The notes beneath the pieces are model-generated. The model worked only from the letters and a program-made list of their open reading frames with translations. It was not told where the DNA came from and did no database searches. Of a stretch of DNA of 32,000 bases, positions 1 to 9,955 are shown one piece after another; positions within the stretch are counted from its first letter, which is position 1; each line of letters opens with the position of its first letter. Source of the DNA: Candidatus Kuenenia stuttgartensis (GTDB taxonomy: Bacteria > Planctomycetota > Brocadiia > Brocadiales > Brocadiaceae); assembly GCF_900232105.1 (NCBI RefSeq), contig NZ_LT934425.1:1470001-1502000 (forward strand). Reading direction: 5' to 3'. A program made the translations under genes and the position numbers.

Positions 1-175
1 GAGCGACCTGTCTCTTGTAAATCCATATTAAACAGGTCTGCCTGAATACGGACAGGTCGCTCCTACGGAGCTATTTACCTTATTGAATTTTATTGCGCTA
101 CAAACAGACTGCCCCTGACGGGGCTACATGGTATTTTTTCTATAACGGGAATTTTTCAAAAAACTAAAGTGTTAC
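1..175. repeat. Right part of a dispersed MITE-like element (copy 1, truncated by window start)
   Basis: Closely matches the right parts of 3400-3697 and 7020-7316; ends ...TTTTTCAAAAAACTAAAGTGTTAC; perfect 12-bp inverted repeat GAGCGACCTGTC (1-12) / GACAGGTCGCTC (51-62). Confidence 0.85.
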
Positions 176-209
176 AAAATATTGAAATTTATGAACGTAG
201 ATTTATATT

Positions 210-842
210 ATGCCTTGTAACACCTCCAAAATAACACAGATACTTGACGTCCGAAATCAAGACCTTTACTGGACATCTATTGAAATAGCTGCTAAAGCTT
301 TGAGGAACGGCGGGATAGTGGCTTTCCCAACGGAGACCGTATATGGCCTGGGCGTTCATAAGGATAATCCAGAAGCTATCGAACGGCTTTATGAGGCAAA
401 GAAGAGGCCTGCAGAAAAGAGGCTGACCCTGATGATTGCCGATATCGGGGAAGTGGAACTATACGCGGGCGCTGTTTCTGATGTGGCAAAAAGGTTGATG
501 GAGTCTTTTTGGCCGGGTCCCTTAGCGATTATTTTTCCGCTGAAGGATGGCTCAGACATTTGCGTAAGATTGCCCGATAATGCCATCGCAAGAGACTTAA
601 TCCGCACCGCAAATATTCCGGTAGCAACTACCAGCGCAAACACTTCAGGGCATCCGCCGTCAACGGATGCATCACAAGTAACGGCATATTTTAAGGATGA
701 AATCGACTTCATACTGGATGGCGGACCAACACCATCACACGAGCCTTCAACGGTTGTCAAAATAAAAGATGGAGTATGTGAGGTCGTTCGGCATGGCATT
801 ATTCCCGAAACAACTATTCGAAATTGTCTTAAAAAATATTGA
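210..842 (+). CDS. tsaC: L-threonylcarbamoyladenylate synthase (Sua5/YciO/YrdC family)
   Basis: 210 aa ORF with ALRNGGIVAFPTETVYGLG, KRPAEKRLTLMI, FWPGPLAIIFPL, DNAIARDLI, PVATTSANTSGHPP. Confidence 0.92.
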   Translation: MPCNTSKITQILDVRNQDLYWTSIEIAAKALRNGGIVAFPTETVYGLGVHKDNPEAIERLYEAKKRPAEKRLTLMIADIGEVELYAGAVSDVAKRLMESFWPGPLAIIFPLKDGSDICVRLPDNAIARDLIRTANIPVATTSANTSGHPPSTDASQVTAYFKDEIDFILDGGPTPSHEPSTVVKIKDGVCEVVRHGIIPETTIRNCLKKY

Positions 843-894
843 GAATCGGGATAATTTTTTTGTACATTTTTTTATGGAAGATTGTGAAACGACA

Positions 895-1347
895 ATGAAG
901 ATTGCAATAGCATCAGATCACAGAGGGTATGATTTTAAAGAACGTATTAAGGTAACATTGAAGGAATTAGGCCATTCCGTAACGGATTTTGGCACTTCAT
1001 CAAAATCGGAGTCCGTGGATTACCCCGATTTTGGAATGAAGGCGGCGCTTTCGGTGGGACACGGGGAATGCGACAGGGGTATTTTAATCTGCGGCACCGG
1101 AATAGGTATGTCGCTTGTAGCAAACAAGGTAAGGGGCGTCAGGGCGACTTTATGCCACAATCTTTATACGGTAGAAATGAGCAGACGGCATAATGATGCC
1201 AATGTACTGTGCATCGGTGCGGATATTATCGACGAAGAACTTTTGGAACAAAAAGTAAAACTATGGTTAGAAACGCCTTTTGAAGGGGGAAGACACGCCC
1301 GCCGTTTGGAGAAAATAGTGGAACTGGAAAATGGAGGCGGAATTTAA
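895..1347 (+). CDS. rpiB: Ribose-5-phosphate isomerase B
   Basis: MKIAIASDHRGYDFKERIK, DYPDFG, RGILICGTGIGMSLVANKVRGVRATLCHN, SRRHNDANVLCIG. Start placed at internal ATG 895 rather than track start 769. Confidence 0.95.
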   Translation: MKIAIASDHRGYDFKERIKVTLKELGHSVTDFGTSSKSESVDYPDFGMKAALSVGHGECDRGILICGTGIGMSLVANKVRGVRATLCHNLYTVEMSRRHNDANVLCIGADIIDEELLEQKVKLWLETPFEGGRHARRLEKIVELENGGGI

Positions 1348-2189
1348 TTCCCCATATGGACTACCTCCACGCCATTTGGGATTGTAAAGGTGAATATTTT
1401 TGAGTCAAGCTGGCTGTTTACAATGATATCAGAAAGCGTGATGCCCATTGCGGTATTGTATGTGGGCCAACGGACGTCAATTCTTTGCGGCAGCCGGCAA
1501 CTATCGAAATCAGAATAATCGGTAAATACTGCCTGCAGCCGGACAGAACCGTCCGGATTAAATGTTTCACATCGAAATGTATCCGTGTTACTCCTGTTAA
1601 TCAACAATTTCCCTTTAAGATTTATTTTGCCTTCATTCGTATCTATCGCGTAAATGATCCAATAATAAGGCCAGATTTCCAATACCGTACTCTCGCCGCC
1701 CAGAATATTTTTAAGATTAAATAACCCTGCCATATCATTCGGTGAAATGCCCATTCCTGATGAATTCACTTTATGCAAGGCGTTGCTGGAACCTGTGTAA
1801 ACCTTTTTTTCCGAGGGGACATAAATCCAAAAGGTATTGCCGTCGGTAGACATATCAAATAGGGTAGTCGCCAGTTTTGAGCCAATGACACGCAGATGAT
1901 TTGGCGTTTCATACACTATCAGGCCGGTGCATGTAACAGGCCCTTTTGATTCAGGCGCGGTTAAGGTTATTTTTGCCTTTGCCCGAAGCGTAGTAAGTTT
2001 AGAGTTGTTGTCAATTAACACCTCTTTTATTTGTTGTACCGAAAGGTTTTGCGCTTCCCCCCCCGTGCTATTCAGTATGGCAGAAGTATCTTCCCAAATC
2101 GATCTTTGCATAATCGCTGATTTGCTGCCTGCGCAACCGGACAGTAGGATGACAAAAAGAAATACACTTTTAATTATAGATAACTTCAT
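1344..2189 (-). CDS. DUF4292-like / LolA-like predicted lipoprotein
   Basis: Lipobox signal MKLSIIKSVFLFVILLSGCAG; internal region resembles DUF4292 outer-membrane lipoproteins. Stop overlaps the convergent rpiB stop. ORF can extend to 2234. Confidence 0.6.
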   Translation of the reverse strand: MKLSIIKSVFLFVILLSGCAGSKSAIMQRSIWEDTSAILNSTGGEAQNLSVQQIKEVLIDNNSKLTTLRAKAKITLTAPESKGPVTCTGLIVYETPNHLRVIGSKLATTLFDMSTDGNTFWIYVPSEKKVYTGSSNALHKVNSSGMGISPNDMAGLFNLKNILGGESTVLEIWPYYWIIYAIDTNEGKINLKGKLLINRSNTDTFRCETFNPDGSVRLQAVFTDYSDFDSCRLPQRIDVRWPTYNTAMGITLSDIIVNSQLDSKIFTFTIPNGVEVVHMGN

Positions 2190-2339
2190 TGCAGATTTTA
2201 GTACCTTATCAGTAATTTCTTTGCACACTTCCATTCGTCAGTGCGTGCTTATTGGTAAAATATTTACTTGTTCCTTCTGCAGCCGACAGTCTGCAAATTG
2301 CCGATTGAGGACTGAGGACTGCAGACTGTTTTCCTGCTG

Positions 2340-3173
2340 CTATAAAAGCCATTCTCCCGTAAAAACTTCAGCAGCAGCGCCTGTCATATAAACATTTTCA
2401 TCTTCCACCCATTCCAGTTCCAGATCCCCGCCTGGCAAGTGTGCCAAAAGTTTACGTTCTGTCAGGTTGTTAAGAACGCCGGCAACGCAAACAGCAGAAG
2501 CGCCTGTTCCGCACGCCAGGGTTATGCCCGATCCACGCTCCCAGGTGACCATTGTAACCTCTCCCGGATGGTGAACCTTTACAAAATGGACATTTGTCCT
2601 TTCGGGAAAGACGCGATGGTGTTCAATTGCCTTTCCATCTTTTTCTATATGGAGTTGCTTTAAATCATCAACGAAGATTACGCAATGAGGATTTCCCATG
2701 GAAACGCAGGTAACCCGAAATGAAGTATTTTCATTAAGCACGAGCATTTCGTCTACTACTTGCGTTTCAGCGCCAACCATTGGTATTTCCGGTCTCATCA
2801 GCTTCGGCCTTCCCATATTTACCCTTGCGCTACAGACCCTTTCATTTTTCGTATACAGCTCAATGGTTTTAATGCCTGCCAACGTTTCTACTGTAAGCGG
2901 GTTCTTTCTGACCAGTGCATGATCGTAAACGTACTTTGCAACACAACGGATTCCATTTCCGCACATTTGCGCTTCACTGCCATCCGCATTAAAGATACGC
3001 ATTTTACAATCTGCTATCTCTGACGGCAATATAAGTATTAACCCATCGGACCCCACTCCAAAGTGCCGGTCGCTTATTTTTTTTGACAGCCCGACGGGGT
3101 CCTCAACTACTTCATGAAAACAATTAACATAAACATAATCGTTGCCTATTCCATGCATTTTTGTGAATTTCAT
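2340..3173 (-). CDS. dapF: Diaminopimelate epimerase
   Basis: MKFTKMHGIGNDYVYV, AEMCGNGIRCVAKY, GNPHCVIF, ERGSGITLACGTGASAVCVAG: both active-site Cys motifs present. Confidence 0.97.
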   Translation of the reverse strand: MKFTKMHGIGNDYVYVNCFHEVVEDPVGLSKKISDRHFGVGSDGLILILPSEIADCKMRIFNADGSEAQMCGNGIRCVAKYVYDHALVRKNPLTVETLAGIKTIELYTKNERVCSARVNMGRPKLMRPEIPMVGAETQVVDEMLVLNENTSFRVTCVSMGNPHCVIFVDDLKQLHIEKDGKAIEHHRVFPERTNVHFVKVHHPGEVTMVTWERGSGITLACGTGASAVCVAGVLNNLTERKLLAHLPGGDLELEWVEDENVYMTGAAAEVFTGEWLL

Positions 3174-3399
3174 GATAACCCTTAAACAATTTTATTTTAA
3201 AGAGAATAAACGTTCGTACAATACAAACATTTTTTGTAATAGTTCCGTCCCCTTTCCATAAGGGACTTGAAGGGGATTGGGATTTTCTATTATACCGTGG
3301 CAGTCGGCAGTCGGCAGTCGGCAAATTGCAGATTGAGAACTGAGGACTGAGTATGGTATTCATATTATATAGTATTACCATGTAAAAACTTCTTTTTTT

Positions 3400-3697
3400 G
3401 TAACATTTTAGTCTTTTGAAAAACGTATTACCTATAAGCTCCGTAGAAACAGCCTGTTTGTAGCAAAATAGGATATTATAACAGACCGTAGAGACAGGTT
3501 TGAAACCTGTCTCTACAATTAGTAGCGACCTGTCTCTTGTAAATCCATATTAAACAGGTCTGCCTGAATACGGACAGGCCGCTACTACGAAGCTATTTAC
3601 ACTATTGAATTCTATTGCGCTACAAACAGACCGCCCCTAACGGGGCTACATGGTATTTTTTCCATCCCATAAATTTTTCAAAAAACTAAAATGTTAC
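3400..3697. repeat. MITE-like element, copy 2 (298 bp)
   Basis: Terminal inverted repeats GTAACATTTTAGTCTTTTGAAAAA / TTTTTCAAAAAACTAAAATGTTAC; flanked by CTTTTTTT on both sides (3392-3399, 3698-3705); same interior as 7020-7316. Confidence 0.85.
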
Positions 3698-4019
3698 CTT
3701 TTTTTGTAAGTTTTCCTTCGTACTACTATCCCCCAATCTTTTGTTTTTTATGCTCGTTTTTCAAAATGCATAACCGTAAGGCATTGATTAGATGAGGCTT
3801 ACGTAAAGTTTAGGAGTTCAGGAGTTAACTCTTTAACTCTACGACTCTCTTTGTGGTTAAAGGACAGACGTACGGCCGTGCGTCTATACATCAATATATT
3901 TATATTGACATCTCCTGCTTACCTGCTTACGATTCACCCAATTACCCAACTATGGATTTTTAAAATGTCTTTATCTAACAATGCAAGCAAAATAATTCAT
4001 TTCAGAAGCCCAATAGATC

Positions 4020-6995
4020 ATGGTGAGAAAAAAAACTGAAGCTGAAAAAAAGAAGCCAGCGCAGACTGGGAAAAAAGAGGCACTCGCCAAGGAATCAAAA
4101 GTCCAAGCCAAAAAAGCTGTTACACCTACCGTAGCAAAAACGGCTATGCCAAAAACAAAAACGATAGCACCGGCAAGGGATGAAAAGGTTATAAAAGAAC
4201 AAACTATGACATTCCCCATTGTCGGAATCGGCGCTTCTGCCGGCGGGCTTGAGGCGCTCGAAGGTTTCTTTTCCAACATGCCTGACAATAGCAACCTTGC
4301 CGTAGTGGTTATCCAGCATCTGGCGCCTAAATACAAGAGCATTATGGCAACACTGCTAAATAAATATACCACAATGAAGATACTGGAAATCAACGATGGA
4401 ATGCGGGCGTTACCAAACTGCGTTTATCTTAATACTCCGGGGATGGACGTTGCTATTATGAACCGGACCTTTCAATTGATACAACCTCTTGAACCACATG
4501 CCTACAGACTGCCTATTGATTTCTTTTTTCGTTCCCTTGCAGATGATCTGGGAGAAAAGGCCATCTGCATCGTGCTTTCAGGAACGGGCACCGACGGCAC
4601 CCTGGGGCTTAAAGCAATCAAGGGCGCAGGGGGAATGACCATGGCGCAGGACGAAACCGAGGCAAAATATGACAGCATGCCCAGAAGCGCGATAAACACC
4701 GGTGCGGTTGATCTTGTCCTGCCAGTGGAAAGAATGCCGGGAGAACTGCTAAAATATATTAAACACCCCTATATTGATAGCGTCAGGTCAACGGGCGCCA
4801 CGGAAGAAAAATATCAAAACAATGTAACAAAAATACTCCTGCAGATTCGCAACCATACAGGACAGGATTTCTCCCAGTATAAACAAAATACGATTCGGAG
4901 AAGGATTGAAAGACGCATGGCCGTTCATCAGATAGATAAAATTGCAGATTATCTCAGTTATATCCGGGAAAATACGGCTGAAATAGGAATTCTTTACAAA
5001 GACCTGCTCATAGGGGTTACCAATTTCTTCAGAGACAAGGACGCCTTTGATCTCCTGAAAAATACGGTAATCTCCGAGATCATACAGAGAAAACAGACAA
5101 ACAGTGCTTTACGCGTCTGGGTGGCTGGCTGCGCCACAGGCGAAGAGGCATATTCCATTGCCATACTCATCGCGGAAATTATGGAAAAGAAACAGCGGCA
5201 GTGTAACGTACAGATATTTGCAACCGATATAGACTCGACGGCCATCGAATTCGCGCGCGCGGGTATCTACCCTGACAGTATTGCCGCGGACGTCTCCAAA
5301 GAACGGCTGAAACAGTTCTTTATAAAAGAAGACAACTCCTACAAGCTAAAAAAACGGATACGCGAAATGCTGGTTTTTGCCGCTCAAAGTCTGATAAAGG
5401 ATCCTCCTTTTTCCAGGCTAGACCTTGTATCATGCAGAAACGTGCTGATTTATATGGACGCCTCGCTGCAAAAAAAGATACTGTCGGTTTTTCACTATAC
5501 CCTGAATAAGGATGGGTACCTTTTCCTCGGGTCATCTGAAACCATTGGTAATTTTACCGATCTTTTTTCAACTGAAAATGCGAAATGGAAAATCTATAAA
5601 CGTAAAAGCGGCGTTATCGAAAAGGGCGTGGATCTTCCTGCCTTGCCAACGAAGGGAGTCTTTCAATCAGACCGGAAAGAAGAAAAAAAGGATTACGGAG
5701 AAATCAATATTATTCAACTTGCGGAAAGAGAGATTCTTAACAAATATGCCCCGTCGTTTGCACTGATCAATGAAAAACATGAGATTCTTTATGTTAACGG
5801 CAATATACACAAATACTTGCTAACGCCACCCGGTGTCCCCACCTTCAATATATTAAAAATGGCGCACGAAGACCTGCGTTATAAACTGAGCGCCATTCTC
5901 CATAAAATTTCCAGAAGGAAAGAAACTATCATAGAAAAAGAGGTGAAGATACGAGACAATGAACATTTCCTGACGATTGACCTGACCGTCAAGCCACTTA
6001 AAACCGGAATAGCAACTGAAGGGCTGACGATGATCATCTTTGATGAAAAATTACCGGCTGAAAAAGCGCGGAAAAAAGGAAAGGCCTCCTTAAAAATCAG
6101 CAAAGAAGACCCACAGATTACAAAACTCGAATTAGAATTGAAATCGACAAAGGAATATTTACAGGCAACCATCGAGGAACTGGAAACTTCGAATGAGGAG
6201 ATGAAATCTACCAATGAAGAATTGCAGTCCACAAACGAGGAACTGCAGAATAAGTTAAATGAATTATCACGTTCCAATAACGACCTCAACAACCTCCTTG
6301 CAAGCACTGAGATAGCAACCATATTTCTTGACACGAAACTGAATATTGTCCGTTTTACCCCGATGCTGACAAAACTCTTTAATATGCTGCTGTCGGATAT
6401 TGGCCGTTCGATAGGCGACATCACCGCAAAATTCAATACGGACACCCTCAGGGATGACTCGGCAGAAGTGCTTAGAACGCTGGTCAAAAAAGAATGCCAG
6501 ATACAGACAAAGGAGCAGGCGTTTTATAACATGCGTATCTTGCCCTATCGCACAGTAGATAATGTAATAGATGGCGTAGTTATCACATTTATTGACGTTA
6601 CAAAAATTAAAAATACAGAAGATGCTTTACGCCTGATAGAGAGTAGGTTCGACATGTTGAATCAGTCTTCGCTATTCGGCATTGTGCTCTTTAATCCGGA
6701 AAGCGGCGTTATCGTGGATTATAATAAAAAATTTGAGGAACAAACCGGCAGAAGCCTTAAGGAGCAGCATACGTACAAAATATGGGATTGTTTTTCACCG
6801 GAAAAGACAAAGAACCCGGCAGAATTCTTTCAAGGGTTGTCAAAGAAAAATGAAACGGTTTCTATGGAAATGAATATTCGAAGACCTGATGGAGTTATTG
6901 TTCCCGTGTGCTTAATGAGTACTGTTATAAAAACCTCGAAAAATATATATGTTCAATGCGTTGTAAAAGACCTGACTGACCCGTTGCGAACGTAG
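4020..6995 (+). CDS. CheB methylesterase-CheR methyltransferase fusion with coiled coil and PAS domains
   Basis: CheB-like GIGASAGGLEALEGFF and IVLSGTGTDGTLGLKAIKGAGG; CheR-like VWVAGCATGEEAYSIAIL, IFATDID, DLVSCRNVLIYMD; coiled coil TIEELETSNEEMKSTNEELQSTNEELQNKLNEL; PAS-like regions at the C-terminus. Confidence 0.93.
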   Translation: MVRKKTEAEKKKPAQTGKKEALAKESKVQAKKAVTPTVAKTAMPKTKTIAPARDEKVIKEQTMTFPIVGIGASAGGLEALEGFFSNMPDNSNLAVVVIQHLAPKYKSIMATLLNKYTTMKILEINDGMRALPNCVYLNTPGMDVAIMNRTFQLIQPLEPHAYRLPIDFFFRSLADDLGEKAICIVLSGTGTDGTLGLKAIKGAGGMTMAQDETEAKYDSMPRSAINTGAVDLVLPVERMPGELLKYIKHPYIDSVRSTGATEEKYQNNVTKILLQIRNHTGQDFSQYKQNTIRRRIERRMAVHQIDKIADYLSYIRENTAEIGILYKDLLIGVTNFFRDKDAFDLLKNTVISEIIQRKQTNSALRVWVAGCATGEEAYSIAILIAEIMEKKQRQCNVQIFATDIDSTAIEFARAGIYPDSIAADVSKERLKQFFIKEDNSYKLKKRIREMLVFAAQSLIKDPPFSRLDLVSCRNVLIYMDASLQKKILSVFHYTLNKDGYLFLGSSETIGNFTDLFSTENAKWKIYKRKSGVIEKGVDLPALPTKGVFQSDRKEEKKDYGEINIIQLAEREILNKYAPSFALINEKHEILYVNGNIHKYLLTPPGVPTFNILKMAHEDLRYKLSAILHKISRRKETIIEKEVKIRDNEHFLTIDLTVKPLKTGIATEGLTMIIFDEKLPAEKARKKGKASLKISKEDPQITKLELELKSTKEYLQATIEELETSNEEMKSTNEELQSTNEELQNKLNELSRSNNDLNNLLASTEIATIFLDTKLNIVRFTPMLTKLFNMLLSDIGRSIGDITAKFNTDTLRDDSAEVLRTLVKKECQIQTKEQAFYNMRILPYRTVDNVIDGVVITFIDVTKIKNTEDALRLIESRFDMLNQSSLFGIVLFNPESGVIVDYNKKFEEQTGRSLKEQHTYKIWDCFSPEKTKNPAEFFQGLSKKNETVSMEMNIRRPDGVIVPVCLMSTVIKTSKNIYVQCVVKDLTDPLRT

Positions 6996-7019
6996 CACAT
7001 ATAGCCAAACAAATAGTAA

Positions 7020-7316
7020 GTAACACTTTAGTTTTTTGAAAAATGTACTACCTATAAGCTCCGTAGGAGCAGCCTGTTTGTAGCAAAATAGGATATTATA
7101 ACAGATCGTAGAGACAGGTTTGAAACCTGTCTCTGCAATTAGGAGCGACCTGTCTCTTGTAAATCCATATAAACAGGTCTACCTGAATACGAACAGGTCG
7201 CTCCTACGGAGCTATTTACCTTATTGAATTTTATTGCGCTACAAACAGACCGCCCCTAACAGGGCTACATGGTATTTTTTCTATCCCGGGAATTTTTCAA
7301 AAGACTAAAGTGTTAC
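7020..7316. repeat. MITE-like element, copy 3 (297 bp)
   Basis: GTAACACTTTAGTTTTTTGAAAAA ... AATTTTTCAAAAGACTAAAGTGTTAC; interior matches copies 1 and 2. Confidence 0.85.
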
Positions 7317-7320
7317 TATA

Positions 7321-7430
7321 GTAACACTTTAGTCTTTTGATACTGTAAATTATCATTTGTAGTGCGACGAACCTCGTCGCACTACATGAATTTAGTTGGC
7401 TTAGATATTCAAATGAGGAACGAACAGCAA
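7321..7430. repeat. Second repeat family sharing the same terminus; hairpin core TTTGTAGTGCGACGAACCTCGTCGCACTACA
   Basis: GTAACACTTTAGTCTTTTGA start; matches the reverse complement of parts of 20895-21054. Confidence 0.7.
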
Positions 7431-7606
7431 CGGGAGCATTCCCGCTTTATTGCAAAAAGCAATTATTAGGGGGGGTAATAGTAACATAGAGACAGGATTT
7501 CAAACTTGTCTCTACCGTTGAAAATGAAGGTATTAACCCTGTCAGGGTTAATACTCTGCCGGTTTATAACCATTTTATTTTTTGTCGTACCAACATTTCA
7601 TAAAGG

Positions 7607-9355
7607 ATGGCAAAAATGGGAAAAAAGCCTCCCGAAAATAAAACAGACGCCGAACTCCGCAGAAAAGCATTAGAAAAGCTCAACCCCTATACAATACCAG
7701 TCGAGAACCTTTCGGAAGCGGAAGTCCGTAAACTTGCCCATGAATTACAGATTCATCAGATCGAGCTTGAAATGCAGGCGGAAGAACTTCGCAAATCCCA
7801 AACCCTGCTTGAAGAATCCAGGCAAAAGTATTTAAACCTTTACGACCTTGCCCCTGTAGGATATTTTACCCTTGATGAAAAAGGCTTCATCCATGAGGTA
7901 AACTTTGCAGGTGCTTTTATGTTGGGGGCGGAGCGGCATTCGCTGATAAACAAACCCCTGTCTAAATACATCGTAAGAGAGGATGCCGATCTCTTTTACC
8001 TGCATCGTAAAAGGGTGTCTGAAACGGGAAACAAAGAAACCTGTGAACTGAGGATGCTTAAAGGAGATCAACCGTTTCATGCGCAGCTTGAAAGCCGTGC
8101 TATTCCGGATTCCAAAAATAACATTAACCAGTATCTTATCATCATAACCGACATTTCAGCACGTATAGAGGCACAGATAAAACTGAAGGAAATAAATGAG
8201 ACGCTTGAGTATCAAATAAAAGTACGTACAAAAGAACTCCTGCAGTCAAAGAAATTAGAATCAATGGGCATTATGACAACAGGCGTCGCGCACGGGTTTA
8301 ACAATATCCTTGCAATCATAGACGGAAAGATACAGATGTTGATGCGGGAAAATAAAGGCAGAGAGAAGTTACTGGAAGAGTTGCGTTTGATACGCAGCTC
8401 TGTCAAGGATGGCGCTGAAATTGTTCGCCGTATGAATAAATTTACCAAAGTAAAGGAAGATCGTGACTGGTTTGTAGCAATTGACTTATGTGAAGAGATA
8501 AAAAGCACGATTGATTCTACACATCCGGGATGGAAGGAGTGTGCAGAGAGAGAAGGAATCGCCTATACCATAAATTTGGATGGTGTTAAACACGTTTCAT
8601 GCATAATGGGCAATCCTTTGGAATTGCGGGAAGTATTGATTAATATCATCAAGAATGCCTTTGACGCCATGCCGGGGGGAGGAACGCTTTCATTTTCTAC
8701 AAGGGAAGAAAACGGAAGCGTTGTTTTGGAGATTTCAGATACAGGCATTGGCATGGACGAAGAAACGCAGACAAAAATCTTTGACCCCTTTTTTACCACC
8801 AAGGAACGTGGCACTGGATTGGGAATGAGTATTGTTTATGGGACTGTCAAACGGCATGGTGGCAAAATAGCGGCGCAAAGTCAAAAGGAAAGAGGCAGTA
8901 CCCTTATCCTAAGCTTTCCCGCAGCGAAGGAGTCGCCGGGTATTACAAAGAGTGATCATGAACCTGGCAAAGTGACGCCAGAGAAAAGGGGACTGAGAAA
9001 CGGCATCCTTATCGTAGATGATGAAGCAACTATTGGAAAAGTATTGAGCAGCTTCCTTACGGGAGAAGGCTATAACGTTGTTTTTATCGATAATGGCGCC
9101 GGGGCGTTGGATCTTCTAAAAAAGGATGAATTTGATCTCGTGCTGTGCGACCTGGGCATGCCTGATATATCAGGGTGGGATATTATGAATGTAATAGCTG
9201 ATATGGCTAAGAAACCAAAGATCGGCATAATAACAGGATTCCTGAACGCTTCGGATGACTTTCCGGGCAATAAGATAAAAGCGGATTTTGTTATCAACAA
9301 GCCATTCGAATTAGATAATCTGCTACACTCAATTAATGATTCATTAAGAGATTGA
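7607..9355 (+). CDS. PAS domain hybrid sensor histidine kinase with C-terminal receiver domain
   Basis: PAS region YLNLYDLAPVGYFTLDEKGFI; H-box GVAHGFNNILAI; N box NIIKNAFDAMP; ISDTGIGMD; GTGLGMSIVYG; receiver GILIVDDEATIGKVL, DLVLCDLGMPDISGW, NKPFEL. Confidence 0.95.
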   Translation: MAKMGKKPPENKTDAELRRKALEKLNPYTIPVENLSEAEVRKLAHELQIHQIELEMQAEELRKSQTLLEESRQKYLNLYDLAPVGYFTLDEKGFIHEVNFAGAFMLGAERHSLINKPLSKYIVREDADLFYLHRKRVSETGNKETCELRMLKGDQPFHAQLESRAIPDSKNNINQYLIIITDISARIEAQIKLKEINETLEYQIKVRTKELLQSKKLESMGIMTTGVAHGFNNILAIIDGKIQMLMRENKGREKLLEELRLIRSSVKDGAEIVRRMNKFTKVKEDRDWFVAIDLCEEIKSTIDSTHPGWKECAEREGIAYTINLDGVKHVSCIMGNPLELREVLINIIKNAFDAMPGGGTLSFSTREENGSVVLEISDTGIGMDEETQTKIFDPFFTTKERGTGLGMSIVYGTVKRHGGKIAAQSQKERGSTLILSFPAAKESPGITKSDHEPGKVTPEKRGLRNGILIVDDEATIGKVLSSFLTGEGYNVVFIDNGAGALDLLKKDEFDLVLCDLGMPDISGWDIMNVIADMAKKPKIGIITGFLNASDDFPGNKIKADFVINKPFELDNLLHSINDSLRD

Positions 9356-9682
9356 TATTGCAATCCCTGCATAAATGATATCGTCGGGTAAGAAACGCGC
9401 CCTGAATATACGTTTAGAAATTTCAAGGTTTGTATCATAACATGCCAGACAATGCCCGAAAGCCCACTTTCCTCTCGTTCACAAGTGCCGGCTTCGAATC
9501 AAACCCTGACAGGGTTTTGAACCCTGTCAGGGTTGTGCTTGCTCGAATAGGAAAAAAGAATGGATGCGCCAATGCTATGGATTTTGGTTTGACAACGAAT
9601 ATGGCAAACCATAAAATGCCGACATTAATAGAGCAAAGAGAAAAATAAATTTTAGACCAAAAAATAAATGATAAAATAGCAC

Positions 9683-9955
9683 ATGGAATTCGATTGGGAC
9701 CCCGGCAAATCAGATGCTAACTTCAAAAAGCATGGCATAACTTTTCATGTGGCAGCAACAGTATTTGGTGATCCATTGGCAATTACTTTTAGCGATCCCG
9801 ACAATTCAATATGAGAGCACAGATTCTTAACTTTTGGCTATTCCAGAGAGAGTCAATTGCTGGTTGTCGTTCATACGGAACGGCATGGAAAAATAAGAAT
9901 AATAAGCGTAAGGAGTGCAACAAGACACGAAAGGAAAATATATGAAGAGGGTTAA
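9683..9955 (+). pseudogene. brnT: BrnT-family toxin interrupted by one in-frame TGA (9812-9814)
   Basis: Conceptual translation MEFDWDPGKSDANFKKHGITFHVAATVFGDPLAITFSDPDNSI*EHRFLTFGYSRESQLLVVVHTERHGKIRIISVRSATRHERKIYEEG*; otherwise intact BrnT motifs. Confidence 0.85.

Noticed and set aside
9812-9814. TGA in brnT as recoding or alternative genetic code
   Set aside because: No supporting recoding element is evident and TGA works as a normal terminator in other genes here (e.g. the pair 1 MNT gene); a nonsense mutation or sequencing error is simpler.
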